Shown here: positions 30,471 to 39,956 of the stretch, piece by piece
Position numbering within the stretch: position 1 is the stretch's first letter
How the letters are laid out: the number at the start of each line of letters is the position of its first letter
DNA from: Candidatus Bathyarchaeota archaeon
Lineage (GTDB): Archaea > Thermoproteota > Bathyarchaeia > 40CM-2-53-6
Assembly: GCA_963726255.1 (NCBI GenBank)
Contig: CAVSBL010000002.1
Location: forward strand, 1,312,001-1,376,000
DNA: 64,000 nucleotides
Direction: 5' to 3'
The notes under the pieces: model-generated
The model's database searches: none
Told to the model about the DNA's origin: nothing
What the model saw: only the letters and a program-made list of their open reading frames with translations
Translations under genes and position numbers: made by a program

Positions 30471-31367
30471 ATGAACGATAAGCCCCACATCCACTTTGTC
30501 GACACTACAAGACAGATCGAAGAGCTGTGGAATTGGCTCGGCTACCTGACTTCGCCGGAGAATACAAGAAATCTTCTGCGAAAGAAAATCAGACAAAACA
30601 GCTTCGGAATTGATCATTCCATGCTTGCGCAAAAGAAAAGGGAGGCAAACCAGAAGAGTTCAGGATTCTCTATTGTGCAAGAGGATGTTCTTGAAGAGAA
30701 TGCTCGAAACATTGCAAAATACGTAGCTCAGGCGAGGGAGCTTTTTCAAGTAGCCAGAAGTGTCTCGGAACTAGCCTCTCCTATTCTGTACTATTACGGA
30801 ATGCTGTCCTTGGCAGAGGCTTTGATTTTGTCAATGTATCACTTCAATGATTCTGAGAAGAGTGCTAAAGGATTCTATACGCATGGTCTTAGTATCGATC
30901 GAAATACATACAATAATGTGATTGTCAAACCATACGGAACCTTTCCCCGACTTCATGACTGCTATTCAACGGAGCCAGGGCTGTATCTGGACAAAAGTAG
31001 TTTTTCTCTCAAAGAATTACTGTCGGTCAATCCTGATCTGAGATACCAATATACATTGATATATGGTGAAAAATCCAACATCCAACCCGCTGACGGCCAC
31101 ATTGACGTGGATCTTGAGAAATATGGGATACTACCGGTTAGAGGAATCAAATTGTATCCAATAGATTCAATTTTGATGACCATGTTCATTCTAAGTAGTA
31201 AAGCGAGATACAGGCCCTATGACTGGATTGAAGAAATAACAGTCAAAAAGGAGAGCTTCGTACTTCGGAGTTTCTTGACTCACGCTGAGAGGCGCTATCC
31301 AAACTTAGTTCTCAATAAGATATGGAATGAAGTATTTCTTTTCGGTACCGCCGGGAGATGGGCATAG
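30471..31367 (+). CDS. YaaC-like protein
   Basis: YVAQARELF...SPILYYYGMLSLAEA, HGL, LSSKARYRP.W. Confidence 0.75.
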   Translation: MNDKPHIHFVDTTRQIEELWNWLGYLTSPENTRNLLRKKIRQNSFGIDHSMLAQKKREANQKSSGFSIVQEDVLEENARNIAKYVAQARELFQVARSVSELASPILYYYGMLSLAEALILSMYHFNDSEKSAKGFYTHGLSIDRNTYNNVIVKPYGTFPRLHDCYSTEPGLYLDKSSFSLKELLSVNPDLRYQYTLIYGEKSNIQPADGHIDVDLEKYGILPVRGIKLYPIDSILMTMFILSSKARYRPYDWIEEITVKKESFVLRSFLTHAERRYPNLVLNKIWNEVFLFGTAGRWA

Positions 31368-31477
31368 CGGAGCAACATGCGCAGATTATTTTTTCTCGTA
31401 CGAGCATCGTGATTTTCTCACGCACACACCAATTTTGAGATCACATCACTGAAAATGAAAAGAATGAAACCTCTTGT

Positions 31478-32194
31478 TCATTGGTTGCTTATTACTTTGA
31501 GCTTGATGTCTACTTCTGCTGGTTCTTGGTTCTCGTTCTCGATAATTATGTGCCAGTCGTGCGTCTTGGGAACTGGAAAATCGAATGAAAACCGAGTTAT
31601 TTTCTCGCTGCCTTCTAAATAGTCAAATTCGTGCTCATCTTCGAACAGATTTAGGTTCTGAGTATCAACCAAAAACACGTTGATAGCAGTATCCGAGCTA
31701 ATTCTTCCCCGTAGAATCGACCCTTCGTTCAGCCTGTAAGAAAATGTTTCGTAATCGTCAACAATTTTCCGCACACTCACTAGCTCCTCTTCAGTCAGCG
31801 GTTCTCTTCTCTCCGGCTCTAATTTTTCGGCGATGTAACTAGCAACTTTTTCGCATCCCTGTTTCACATTATTCCTGTCAAACTGCATCCGCTCAATGTC
31901 GCCAAGCATGAATCCGATTCTTGTGTCCTTCTCAACAAAGGGGATAACCGGTATACTTGCTCTTCTTGCATAGCCAACTTCTTGGTTGACTGACGCCGAA
32001 GGATTGCCTCGTGTCACTATTGCTATTAGCGCGTCGGAGTTTTCGATAGCAATTTGTATCTTTTCGAAGAGAGGCTTTCCTAGCTGCGGATCATGCTCAG
32101 CTGTATAGACTTTGATGCCCCTCATCTGAAGACAGGTTTTCATTAGGTTCATGATTTCCCTATCATCAAATGCGTAACTGATGAAAACCTGCAC
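31478..32194 (-). CDS. TIR domain protein with C-terminal beta-sandwich (DUF1883/GOLD-like)
   Basis: VFISY, IENSDALIAIVT, VNQEVGYA, VIPF; C-terminal INVFLVD...FPVPKTHDWHIIIEN. Confidence 0.8.
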   Translation of the reverse strand: MQVFISYAFDDREIMNLMKTCLQMRGIKVYTAEHDPQLGKPLFEKIQIAIENSDALIAIVTRGNPSASVNQEVGYARRASIPVIPFVEKDTRIGFMLGDIERMQFDRNNVKQGCEKVASYIAEKLEPERREPLTEEELVSVRKIVDDYETFSYRLNEGSILRGRISSDTAINVFLVDTQNLNLFEDEHEFDYLEGSEKITRFSFDFPVPKTHDWHIIIENENQEPAEVDIKLKVISNQ

Positions 32195-32287
32195 GAGCGA
32201 TTCGCCTGCCGCACTTCCTCTTGAAAAAGGAGGTATCCTTCCAAAATAATAAAGCCGCAGTTGACTTAACGCATACTGCGAGGACGA

Positions 32288-32893
32288 GTGTTGGGACTAT
32301 TCATCGTCTTTGGTGTCAATGTTGGTAACTTGGGTCGCGTTTTCGGACGAAAGGAAGCTATGGATAAGTGGGTTGGTGAAATGAATAAGAAACTTACTAG
32401 TCATCCATCGTCAACCAGGATCATTGACTGGTATGGACATACGGGCAACTTTGTAATCGAGTCTTCCGGAACTGATAGTTTGGAACTCGCCAACGAGCTG
32501 ACATCGGTGCTTGAGACAACTTGCGCAGCGCTAACCTATGATGAGGCAGTCGCCTTTGTATCCGCTGCAGAGAAAGCTGCCTCCCCAGCGCCCCTGGGAG
32601 GAAAACGGTGGACGAACGGAATCGCTTTTGCGGTAAAAGGCCCACCTTGCCAATCCGTTCCGAAACCAACCAGCCATGCGACATTCTTCCAGATCAGTGA
32701 ACGCGCTGTGGGAGCATGGAAGGAAGACCAGCTGACACAAAATGGAACCTTGGACAGAGAGAAACGCGGGGGCGGTTGGGGAGCGGTGTCAGATGATGTC
32801 TCAAGGGCGGTTGGCGGAGTTTGGACTGCGCGTAGCCTGCGAACCGTAATAGGTACGCTTGAAAAGGCACGACAACACACCGGGCAGCGATGA
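32288..32893 (+). CDS. DUF1697-like protein
   Basis: GVNVG, YGHTGNFV and TARSLRTV resemble DUF1697 motifs. Confidence 0.55.
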   Translation: MLGLFIVFGVNVGNLGRVFGRKEAMDKWVGEMNKKLTSHPSSTRIIDWYGHTGNFVIESSGTDSLELANELTSVLETTCAALTYDEAVAFVSAAEKAASPAPLGGKRWTNGIAFAVKGPPCQSVPKPTSHATFFQISERAVGAWKEDQLTQNGTLDREKRGGGWGAVSDDVSRAVGGVWTARSLRTVIGTLEKARQHTGQR

Positions 32894-32896
32894 CCA

Positions 32897-33475
32897 ATGC
32901 TACAGGGCGCTTGGACCGCGCAAGCTGCTCGCAAGCTATCAGCGATGTTCGATTCTCTGGGCTTCGATGTCCTTTGCGCTCATCAGGACAGGAGAGTTAG
33001 GAAAGATGAGAACTCTCAAGTCAGGCTGGGACAGATCATTTCCTGGATTGGTTCAGAATTCAAGCCCGCTTCCAGGCTAGCGTTTCCAGATATTGCAATT
33101 GTCCATCAAGCCTCAAACAAAGTCATCCTTTTGGCTGAAGTTGAGGAAAGCAAAGCTTCACCCAAGGTTGTGATTGCAGACCTATTTGCCACTTTACTTG
33201 GTGACCACATCACATTCGGGCGTGACCACAAAGAAGAACTGAAAATCGGTCCTTGGATGACCTTCAGCGTTTTTGCTAAGTCAATTGGGCGTGGGTCAGG
33301 AGAACAACAGCTTCAATCGTTAGCGGGGAGGTTTAATGAGGTAAGAAAATGCTTCCTTACTCCAAATGCTTCCGTAGGGCAAATCATCATTGAAACATAT
33401 CGAAGCGAAAAAGAGCTCGAAGATAAGTTGATAGCTCAGACCGAGAGCGCAATGGAAGAATTCAGAAGGACATAA
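32897..33475 (+). CDS. Putative PD-(D/E)XK-fold protein
   Basis: FPDIAIV...LLAEVEES. Confidence 0.5.
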   Translation: MLQGAWTAQAARKLSAMFDSLGFDVLCAHQDRRVRKDENSQVRLGQIISWIGSEFKPASRLAFPDIAIVHQASNKVILLAEVEESKASPKVVIADLFATLLGDHITFGRDHKEELKIGPWMTFSVFAKSIGRGSGEQQLQSLAGRFNEVRKCFLTPNASVGQIIIETYRSEKELEDKLIAQTESAMEEFRRT

Positions 33476-33512
33476 ACGCTTCTGGGTGGAAGGTCAACTA
33501 GCGTGTGGCTAC

Positions 33513-34019
33513 TCACTTGCGTTGTGCGTGACCGCGTTTGGTCCAAGCTGTCCGAATTTTCTTTCGGCCGTCTTTTGTCAGCAACGTCTCAGCCATTAGA
33601 AAGGCAACGAGGATGACTATTATTGGGAGAAGAAAGAACGCTGCTGCCAAGATTAGTAACATGATTCCCAACAGGTATGCGGCACGACCGAGGCCATACG
33701 CAAACTCAAAGACTGCCCTGAGCGGGCGGCTATACCATCTGTCCGCGGGCACCATTTGATCCGCGAGCGCAACCGCGACGAGGATGACGTAGGCAGCCCA
33801 CACGTACATTATTTGGTCCGAGTTGATCGTGATGGCAGGAAATTTCACATTTAGAATCGACGATGGTGTATGCCCTAGTAGGATAGGGCCTTGAGGTGTT
33901 GCAATTTGGCGAAGGTAATAAAGAATCGCGATTGCTCCCACGGCGAACACACCACGAATCCTCTCGCGACTCAGTTGCTCTTTGCTCAACACCTGCAGCG
34001 TATGTCGCTTCCTGGACAA
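33513..34019 (-). CDS. Hypothetical membrane protein
   Basis: 3-4 hydrophobic helices. Confidence 0.55.
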   Translation of the reverse strand: MSRKRHTLQVLSKEQLSRERIRGVFAVGAIAILYYLRQIATPQGPILLGHTPSSILNVKFPAITINSDQIMYVWAAYVILVAVALADQMVPADRWYSRPLRAVFEFAYGLGRAAYLLGIMLLILAAAFFLLPIIVILVAFLMAETLLTKDGRKKIRTAWTKRGHAQRK

Positions 34020-34514
34020 GAGTGGTCCCTCTTGAAAGGGAGCCGAGATGAGAAATATAACGTATTTTCAACGAGCCTGATTTCTTGAAAGTCTTACCGG
34101 GTTTCCCCTGAAAGCTACAGTGGCATTGTTGTTGTTCGATCGTGCTCGGCGTTGTCATGTTAGTTCAAGGTCTCAATGCGTCTAGCATGATTATCGAATT
34201 AGGGTGACAGAGAAATATGCCGCTTGCACTTGGAATCCAAGTTGGAGTGCGTTGTTTGTTTTGGTTATTTCCGATACCTGCTCATCAGGATCAAGATGGG
34301 TGAGTCTTTGTCCCGCAGCCAGCAAATCCAATAAGCACATAGGCGGAAATGCAATCGAGCGCTTCGATTTGAGACAAGAATCAACCAAACTGCGAGAAAG
34401 TCGAAGTGGACTTGCTAGGAACAAGGATCAGAGTTTTTGGATCGACAAGCTAATTTCAAAATATCCTCTTCCAGGCGGTAATCGCAATGTTTCGGTAAGA
34501 GTGGCGAATCTGTT

Positions 34515-35105
34515 GTGTTCAGTTTCCATACTTGGATTCCGTTTGAAATATCGCCTTTCCTTGCACTGGCTGCGATATTCGGAGTACCGGCAACCATAGA
34601 GATCCTTCTCCGTCGAGTGCTTGACAAGAGGATTCGTGGCCCGCGTAAACGAAGCCTTGTCTCTCTCGGTCTAGCGCTTTTCGCCTTCTTCCTGATGTTC
34701 TCTTGGTACCTGTCGTTCTGCGGGAATTGCGCGTGGGCAATGGGTTTCCTCAAGATCGGACTTTTCGCAGCCGTTATCCCCACGGCCATGCTTGGCTTTG
34801 CAGTTTACGCTTTGAGGGAGATATGGCTGAAGATCAGAGATTACAGATTTGCACGATATGTCCGGGTGATGTTTATGTTGTCCATTTGTTTGGTCCTTTC
34901 ATCGATTTCATCACGATTCCTTCCCTTGATGTTTCTGGCTCTGATTTGGGGGATTGGGCTGCTTGTTGGCACGTTCGGAAAACCTGAGCAGCCAGAGATG
35001 GCAGCGATTGACGTGATTTCTTGGGGTCTGGGTGTTGCATCCTTTATCGTGTTCTTTTTCGATTGGATACTTGTGGTCGTAGTGCTGGAGTACTTATTTT
35101 TCTAA
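34515..35105 (+). CDS. Hypothetical multi-pass membrane protein
   Basis: About 6 hydrophobic helices. Confidence 0.55.
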   Translation: MFSFHTWIPFEISPFLALAAIFGVPATIEILLRRVLDKRIRGPRKRSLVSLGLALFAFFLMFSWYLSFCGNCAWAMGFLKIGLFAAVIPTAMLGFAVYALREIWLKIRDYRFARYVRVMFMLSICLVLSSISSRFLPLMFLALIWGIGLLVGTFGKPEQPEMAAIDVISWGLGVASFIVFFFDWILVVVVLEYLFF

Positions 35106-35281
35106 AATTCGGATGTCAAACACTGCTAGCTGTTCGTCGGTTGGCACTTAGAAAATAGTCCCTGGACTCTTGAGTGTGCAATGTCCCACCATAACGTGGG
35201 AACATATCGCAATGGCCCCAGGAACAACCCGTTATGGTACCTTCAACGGCGCGCCCCGAACTAAGAATTGTGAGTGTCCAA

Positions 35282-36565
35282 TTAGCACGTGGATACGTCC
35301 GGGTCGAATAAGGAATCACAACCTGAGAATGATCTTATGTCTATGAAGTTTATGTCTCTGCAATAATCCAAAGTCGCATCGATTTCTTGATTTGAGCTGA
35401 ATGGGCCTAGCTGCGCGTCAATTTGGTTGAGTTCTTTTTCTTCACGTGCTGTAATGGCTCCACGGGCAAACAGTTGTACAAAGTTTCTGGCACCAAAAGA
35501 ACGCAAATAGCGGATTGCAGTTTTTTCATCAACATAACCCGCTCCAACTTCATGCGGTTTTCCATCCATCTGGACCGCCATCGCCTGAAGCATCATCTTG
35601 ACGGTCTCTGGCGCGGTTGAAATAGCACAGGGTATGTTTCTGCTCCTCAGAAATTCGTCAAGCGCGATGAGTTTGCCACCTACTTCAGGCAAAATGCGGA
35701 CTCGCCCCCCTGCTAGGCGCTTAGGTACTTTAGTCTCATCGACTCCGGTGTCTACAATTGCGATGCAATACTCATCTCCAACGGTAATGGCTTGAGAATT
35801 CTTGTCCATGAATGACCGAAGAGTTTCAATAAATTCGATGCATACCAAGGCAAGGAAGGAGACCCGTGGAGCAGCGAAGCTTGTCCAAGATCCTGGAGGT
35901 GGCATTGGGCCATCTCCGACCTCCGGGCCCTCACCTATTGCAACGACGGTAGGAATGTGTAGCCCATCAGCGGGGTCTCCGCGTGATGAGGTGTTAGCGA
36001 GGGTTGTCTGATTTATGGCTGCTCCAACTCCAATGACCCAAGGTGCAGCAGACCACGGATTCAAGGTTGCATTTTGTGGGCCCCAGTTTCCCGCAGCAAC
36101 AACTACGGTTATGCCTTGCTCGAACGCCCGTTTTGTCGCAAGATTAACTGGGTCATTTGGAACGAAAGGTTTTGCATTGAAAGGCGGGTAAGGACCATGT
36201 CCGATATTCATCACTCGAATGTTGTACTTTGCTCTGTTCTGAATTCCCCAGCCTATTCCTTTGACTGCTGGACGGTATTTCCTAAACCCAACATACAGGA
36301 CTCCAGGATGTGTGGCGATTGTTTCAAGCGCAGTAACAGGCACTTCAGCAAAGTACGTGTCTATGAATGTCAGATGTTCGATCACAGTGGCTCCAACCTG
36401 TTCTAGGAGCGCAAGTACTTGTTGGGTCTGTTGTGGAGCCAATGAAATTAGAACCCTCACTCGAAGTCCGGAAACGGACAAAGTTGCAAAAATCTCGGGG
36501 TCAATTTTGCTCCGAGCTAGTTCAGGTGCGCTCGAATTAAGCAACGATTTCATCACGGCGATCAA
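35282..36565 (-). CDS. Subtilisin-like (S8) protease with rearranged catalytic motifs
   Basis: I9-like prodomain, VVVAAGN, VIGVGA, SSRG, TSFAAP, GAGYVD; the IVDTG motif lies after the catalytic Ser. Confidence 0.8.
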   Translation of the reverse strand: MIAVMKSLLNSSAPELARSKIDPEIFATLSVSGLRVRVLISLAPQQTQQVLALLEQVGATVIEHLTFIDTYFAEVPVTALETIATHPGVLYVGFRKYRPAVKGIGWGIQNRAKYNIRVMNIGHGPYPPFNAKPFVPNDPVNLATKRAFEQGITVVVAAGNWGPQNATLNPWSAAPWVIGVGAAINQTTLANTSSRGDPADGLHIPTVVAIGEGPEVGDGPMPPPGSWTSFAAPRVSFLALVCIEFIETLRSFMDKNSQAITVGDEYCIAIVDTGVDETKVPKRLAGGRVRILPEVGGKLIALDEFLRSRNIPCAISTAPETVKMMLQAMAVQMDGKPHEVGAGYVDEKTAIRYLRSFGARNFVQLFARGAITAREEKELNQIDAQLGPFSSNQEIDATLDYCRDINFIDIRSFSGCDSLFDPDVSTC

Positions 36566-36569
36566 TCGA

Positions 36570-36806
36570 TTAGAAAAGCTTGTTTTTCGGGCTTGTTGCG
36601 TTGTGACTTCTTACGTTCTTCTTCAATGTATTTTTCAGCCTATCAACACCTTCTGGGCCTGCTCTTTTTGCAAACCACAGCCAGTTCCTCAGCCATCTCC
36701 CCTCGTCATCGGTCAGTCCTTTTCTCATCATATATGCAAAGTCACGGAGCACCACGAAAAACTTGCCTTCAATGATGGCTTTTCCAGCAGGTTCAAGGTC
36801 GAGCAA
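36570..36806 (-). CDS. Small hypothetical protein directly upstream of the subtilase
   Basis: Ends 4 nt before the protease start; start uncertain. Confidence 0.4.
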   Translation of the reverse strand: MLDLEPAGKAIIEGKFFVVLRDFAYMMRKGLTDDEGRWLRNWLWFAKRAGPEGVDRLKNTLKKNVRSHNATSPKNKLF

Positions 36807-36895
36807 GCGTCTAATCTTCTTAATTGAAATGCTCGTCCACGCCTCTTCGAAAATGTTCTCAATTCGGGGACCGTGGCTATTAGCTACGTGACTGC

Positions 36896-37798
36896 TTACT
36901 TCCCCGGCTTGCCTTTGGAAGGAGCTTTCTTGCTCTTTTTTCTTCTATGGAGGTATATATCAACAACTACAGCAGTTGTACCAATTGCGCTGATTATACC
37001 GGCGATGGATCCTAGTTTGGCCCACAGATCACTCTGAGCAGCGACTTCAACGATTATGCTCGTGGCACCCATGGCGGATACAGTAGAAGTGACAAGTTGC
37101 TGGTTTGCAGTTATTCCCCCGGTCGCTTGACTGACCCGTTCGGATATTCCCGAAACATCTACGTAATCATAACGTATAGTGGATACCCAGCCGGAAAAAA
37201 GGTATAGTGACGCAAGTTCTCCCGATGGATCAACCTCGAGGTAGGTATTCATCACTTTCCCTGCGGAGTAGAGAAGCAAGGTGTTACCCTTCTTTTCTAT
37301 GATTAAGCTGACCGGGACATTTTCCTGGGGAGCGTAGCCACCGAATCTGAGGACTTTTACTCCGTCCCGATAGAGCACGAATTCAGGGTAGAACCCGTCC
37401 CCGCCCCAGATGTACTGATGCAGCGTTGTATTCACTCCGATTTGGATTGAACCGTACTCGCGCCCTACCCAATACCCTTGCGCACCTGCCTTCCAGTCGT
37501 AAATGGAAGTTGGAAATCCGCTGCGCAATACGGTCACTCCTCTGGAGCCGTCGTTGTCCATTTGTATACCATTTCCAGGGAAGCTAATCAGATCACTAGA
37601 GCCCAAGATCGACCAGCCAGCATTTTGAAAGCCGGCGAGGCTTGTGTACCTGAATTCGTCAGCCCACTCAAAGTGAGTTTGTTGAGGAGTAAATCCAGAG
37701 ACAGCGGTGCCTGGAAATAATACCATCAAAAAGAGCATGCTGAGAGCGAAGAATACGCGACTGATTGTCATCAAGGACAACTTAACTGACGTGCTCAT
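36896..37798 (-). CDS. Surface protein with concanavalin/LamG-like domain and C-terminal TM
   Basis: Signal peptide; WADEF.Y.SL; YDYVDV; TM followed by RRKK; paralogue of 38809-39726. Confidence 0.7.
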   Translation of the reverse strand: MSTSVKLSLMTISRVFFALSMLFLMVLFPGTAVSGFTPQQTHFEWADEFRYTSLAGFQNAGWSILGSSDLISFPGNGIQMDNDGSRGVTVLRSGFPTSIYDWKAGAQGYWVGREYGSIQIGVNTTLHQYIWGGDGFYPEFVLYRDGVKVLRFGGYAPQENVPVSLIIEKKGNTLLLYSAGKVMNTYLEVDPSGELASLYLFSGWVSTIRYDYVDVSGISERVSQATGGITANQQLVTSTVSAMGATSIIVEVAAQSDLWAKLGSIAGIISAIGTTAVVVDIYLHRRKKSKKAPSKGKPGK

Positions 37799-38082
37799 TC
37801 CCTTCGCATTCTACAGGTGAATGATTGACCTTTAACTTGAGGTTCTCAACCCATTCGACGGTAAATTGGAATCTTCCCATGAATTAAGCATCTGTTATAT
37901 TCATTTAAATCAAATTACTGAATCCCCTCGCGTCGCTTTTCTTGTCTACGGTTTTCTAGCAAGATCTGGACGAAAACTTCAGAGGCTTGTCATCGTCACC
38001 GGAGCTCAGTGGATAATACTGTACTTACTAGTGATATGTTTGCAAACATTCGTCGTCTAGTTGAGATTATTAACCTATTCAA

Positions 38083-38111
38083 TGTGTGAGTGCACCATTA
38101 AACCCACACAC
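38083..38111 (-). repeat. Copy of the dispersed palindrome (TAATGG core variant)
   Basis: Minus strand gtgtgtgggtttaatggtgcactcacaca, 23/29 match to consensus; downstream of AbiV. Confidence 0.75.
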
Positions 38112-38125
38112 GAAAACTCTGAACA

Positions 38126-38629
38126 TCAGATTCTCGCACGAATCGAGAACGTTCGTGCCTCTACGTCGTCGAGGAATGTGTCTAAGTGTTCTTTTGCGAA
38201 CAGTGCTCCAAACTTCCAATCTCCTTCTCTAAAATCGACGAAGGTGCAGTCCATTCGCAATTCTTTCGTAGCTTCAACCTCTGGAGCACCCAGGATGAAT
38301 GGCAGTTTTGCACGACCATATACTGATGATTGCAAAAGAACTGAGTCTCCAACAAGGCGCCTAGCTTCATCCATTTTCATCTTATGTGCCTGGCTTCCCC
38401 GAAACAATTGCAGATCTACAGCCGGTTGACTTTTCTCCAGAGTCTGACAGAGCAGGCTCGCCTTTCCCAGTTCTTCTGCAGCATACATTGCCAGCAAAGT
38501 AGCGTGTTCTACGCTGCTGTCATTCAGAAGCAACCTAGCGTCTCGTACGTATCGAGACACATTATCCAAAATCATTTGAATTCCCTCCAACATCGTCTCC
38601 TTCGAGATGAATTGTTTCTTCAAGTGCAA
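38126..38629 (-). CDS. abiV: AbiV-family abortive infection protein (HEPN fold)
   Basis: NV.RYV.DARLL, LAMYAAEELGKA, HKMK, LRMDCTFVD. Confidence 0.8.
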   Translation of the reverse strand: MHLKKQFISKETMLEGIQMILDNVSRYVRDARLLLNDSSVEHATLLAMYAAEELGKASLLCQTLEKSQPAVDLQLFRGSQAHKMKMDEARRLVGDSVLLQSSVYGRAKLPFILGAPEVEATKELRMDCTFVDFREGDWKFGALFAKEHLDTFLDDVEARTFSIRARI

Positions 38630-38690
38630 TCACATCGACTTAGTGGCATTTTGTCGATGATGGCGTGTAGCTGCAAAAAACCTCGACTTG

Positions 38691-38720
38691 GTGTGTGCTG
38701 GTGTAATGGCGCGCAGACGC
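38691..38720 (+). repeat. Degenerate copy of the dispersed palindrome (TAATGG core)
   Basis: gtgtgtgctggtgtaatggcgcgcagacgc, upstream of AbiV. Confidence 0.5.
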
Positions 38721-38752
38721 AAGGAAATCAGCGAAATAGTCTGAATTTCTAA

Positions 38753-38776
38753 CGCTCGCACAATTGATACCACACA
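38753..38776 (-). repeat. Degenerate copy of the dispersed palindrome
   Basis: Minus strand tgtgtggtatcaattgtgcgagcg (compare the 47467 copy ending gtgcgagc); downstream of the 38809 gene. Confidence 0.5.
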
Positions 38777-38808
38777 AAACAAGCATGCTTCGCCATGGGC
38801 ACCGAACA

Positions 38809-39726
38809 CTAGGCCGTTGTTTTCTTCTTTCTGAAGAACTGGAGGTAAATGGAGAGGATACCCAAAGATATCGCGGCTATTGTTCCGACTATTGTTGCTA
38901 TAGATGCGTACGTGCTCAACTGGTCATTCTCTCGAATAGTCAAGTATTGGGTATATACGCTCGTAAAGCCGTTGGATGAGACTGCGCCGGTCGTAGCGGT
39001 AATAGAAGCACTGGATTGCGCTGCACTGGTGTACGTTGTCGGAAAAGGCGAAGGATTAGAGCTCACGACGATATTGTCAAACTCGGTCACGGTTGGCCAC
39101 CATGGTCCAAGGCCGAAACCGGTCAATATGACATTATGTGTTTCAATAGCAGTCGTGACCAAATTGTCGTTGTAGTAGAAGCGAAGCTGATTTGAAACTC
39201 TTTCAACAGCCAATGTAACCCATGTGCCAAATGCCTGAGGAGTATAACCCGGTACTGTTGCCGTGTTCATGCCTACCCCAGACGGTTCATACTTTATGAA
39301 GCTAAATGACTCCCGACCGGGATATCCATCCGCTCCCCAGTGGTAGAAATAACCAGGATTTGCATACCCGGGGACAACTCCATCAACATACACGTCCAGC
39401 TGTATACTGAAATAACCCGACAAGACTGTAAGCCTAGCCTCGACCTTCCAATCTGAGACCACATTGAGGTTCGTATATGTCACGTAACCGTTTACGGCGC
39501 CTGTATTTTTCAAGGTTAGAAGCCCTCCTGCGATCGATACCAACTCCGGGTGTCGTTGTATCACGTATCCAGCCCCCTGCAAATCCGAGAGTGATGAGTA
39601 GTTGAAGTCATCAGAGAATACTTGGGTTCCATTTTGCCTGACGGTCATCTCTGTACCTGAGAAGTAAGTTGGGAGCACCAGAATTGTTAGAAGTAGGAAG
39701 ACTCGACCAGCTGAACCCAATTTCAC
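38809..39726 (-). CDS. Surface protein with concanavalin/LamG-like domain and C-terminal TM
   Basis: FSDDFNYSSL, WVTLAVER...FYYND, EFDNIVV; TM followed by RKKK. Confidence 0.7.
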   Translation of the reverse strand: MKLGSAGRVFLLLTILVLPTYFSGTEMTVRQNGTQVFSDDFNYSSLSDLQGAGYVIQRHPELVSIAGGLLTLKNTGAVNGYVTYTNLNVVSDWKVEARLTVLSGYFSIQLDVYVDGVVPGYANPGYFYHWGADGYPGRESFSFIKYEPSGVGMNTATVPGYTPQAFGTWVTLAVERVSNQLRFYYNDNLVTTAIETHNVILTGFGLGPWWPTVTEFDNIVVSSNPSPFPTTYTSAAQSSASITATTGAVSSNGFTSVYTQYLTIRENDQLSTYASIATIVGTIAAISLGILSIYLQFFRKKKTTA

Positions 39727-39956
39727 CGCCCTACAAGCAGTTCGCTAAGCATATTAAAACTGGGTAACCCGATAAATATGCGATAATAGCGATTGGGGGA
39801 GGGCAAAGGCTAGCGGACGACTATGCGATCGCCGTAAGGCCAGTGCATGTCAGATTAGTGACGCAAGCGATTCCAGCGCTAAGAGAACTCTCAGTCAAAG
39901 TTCTCTTGGTAAATGATAACGACATCCAACCTTTGGACTAAGCGACAGGTGTTTAT

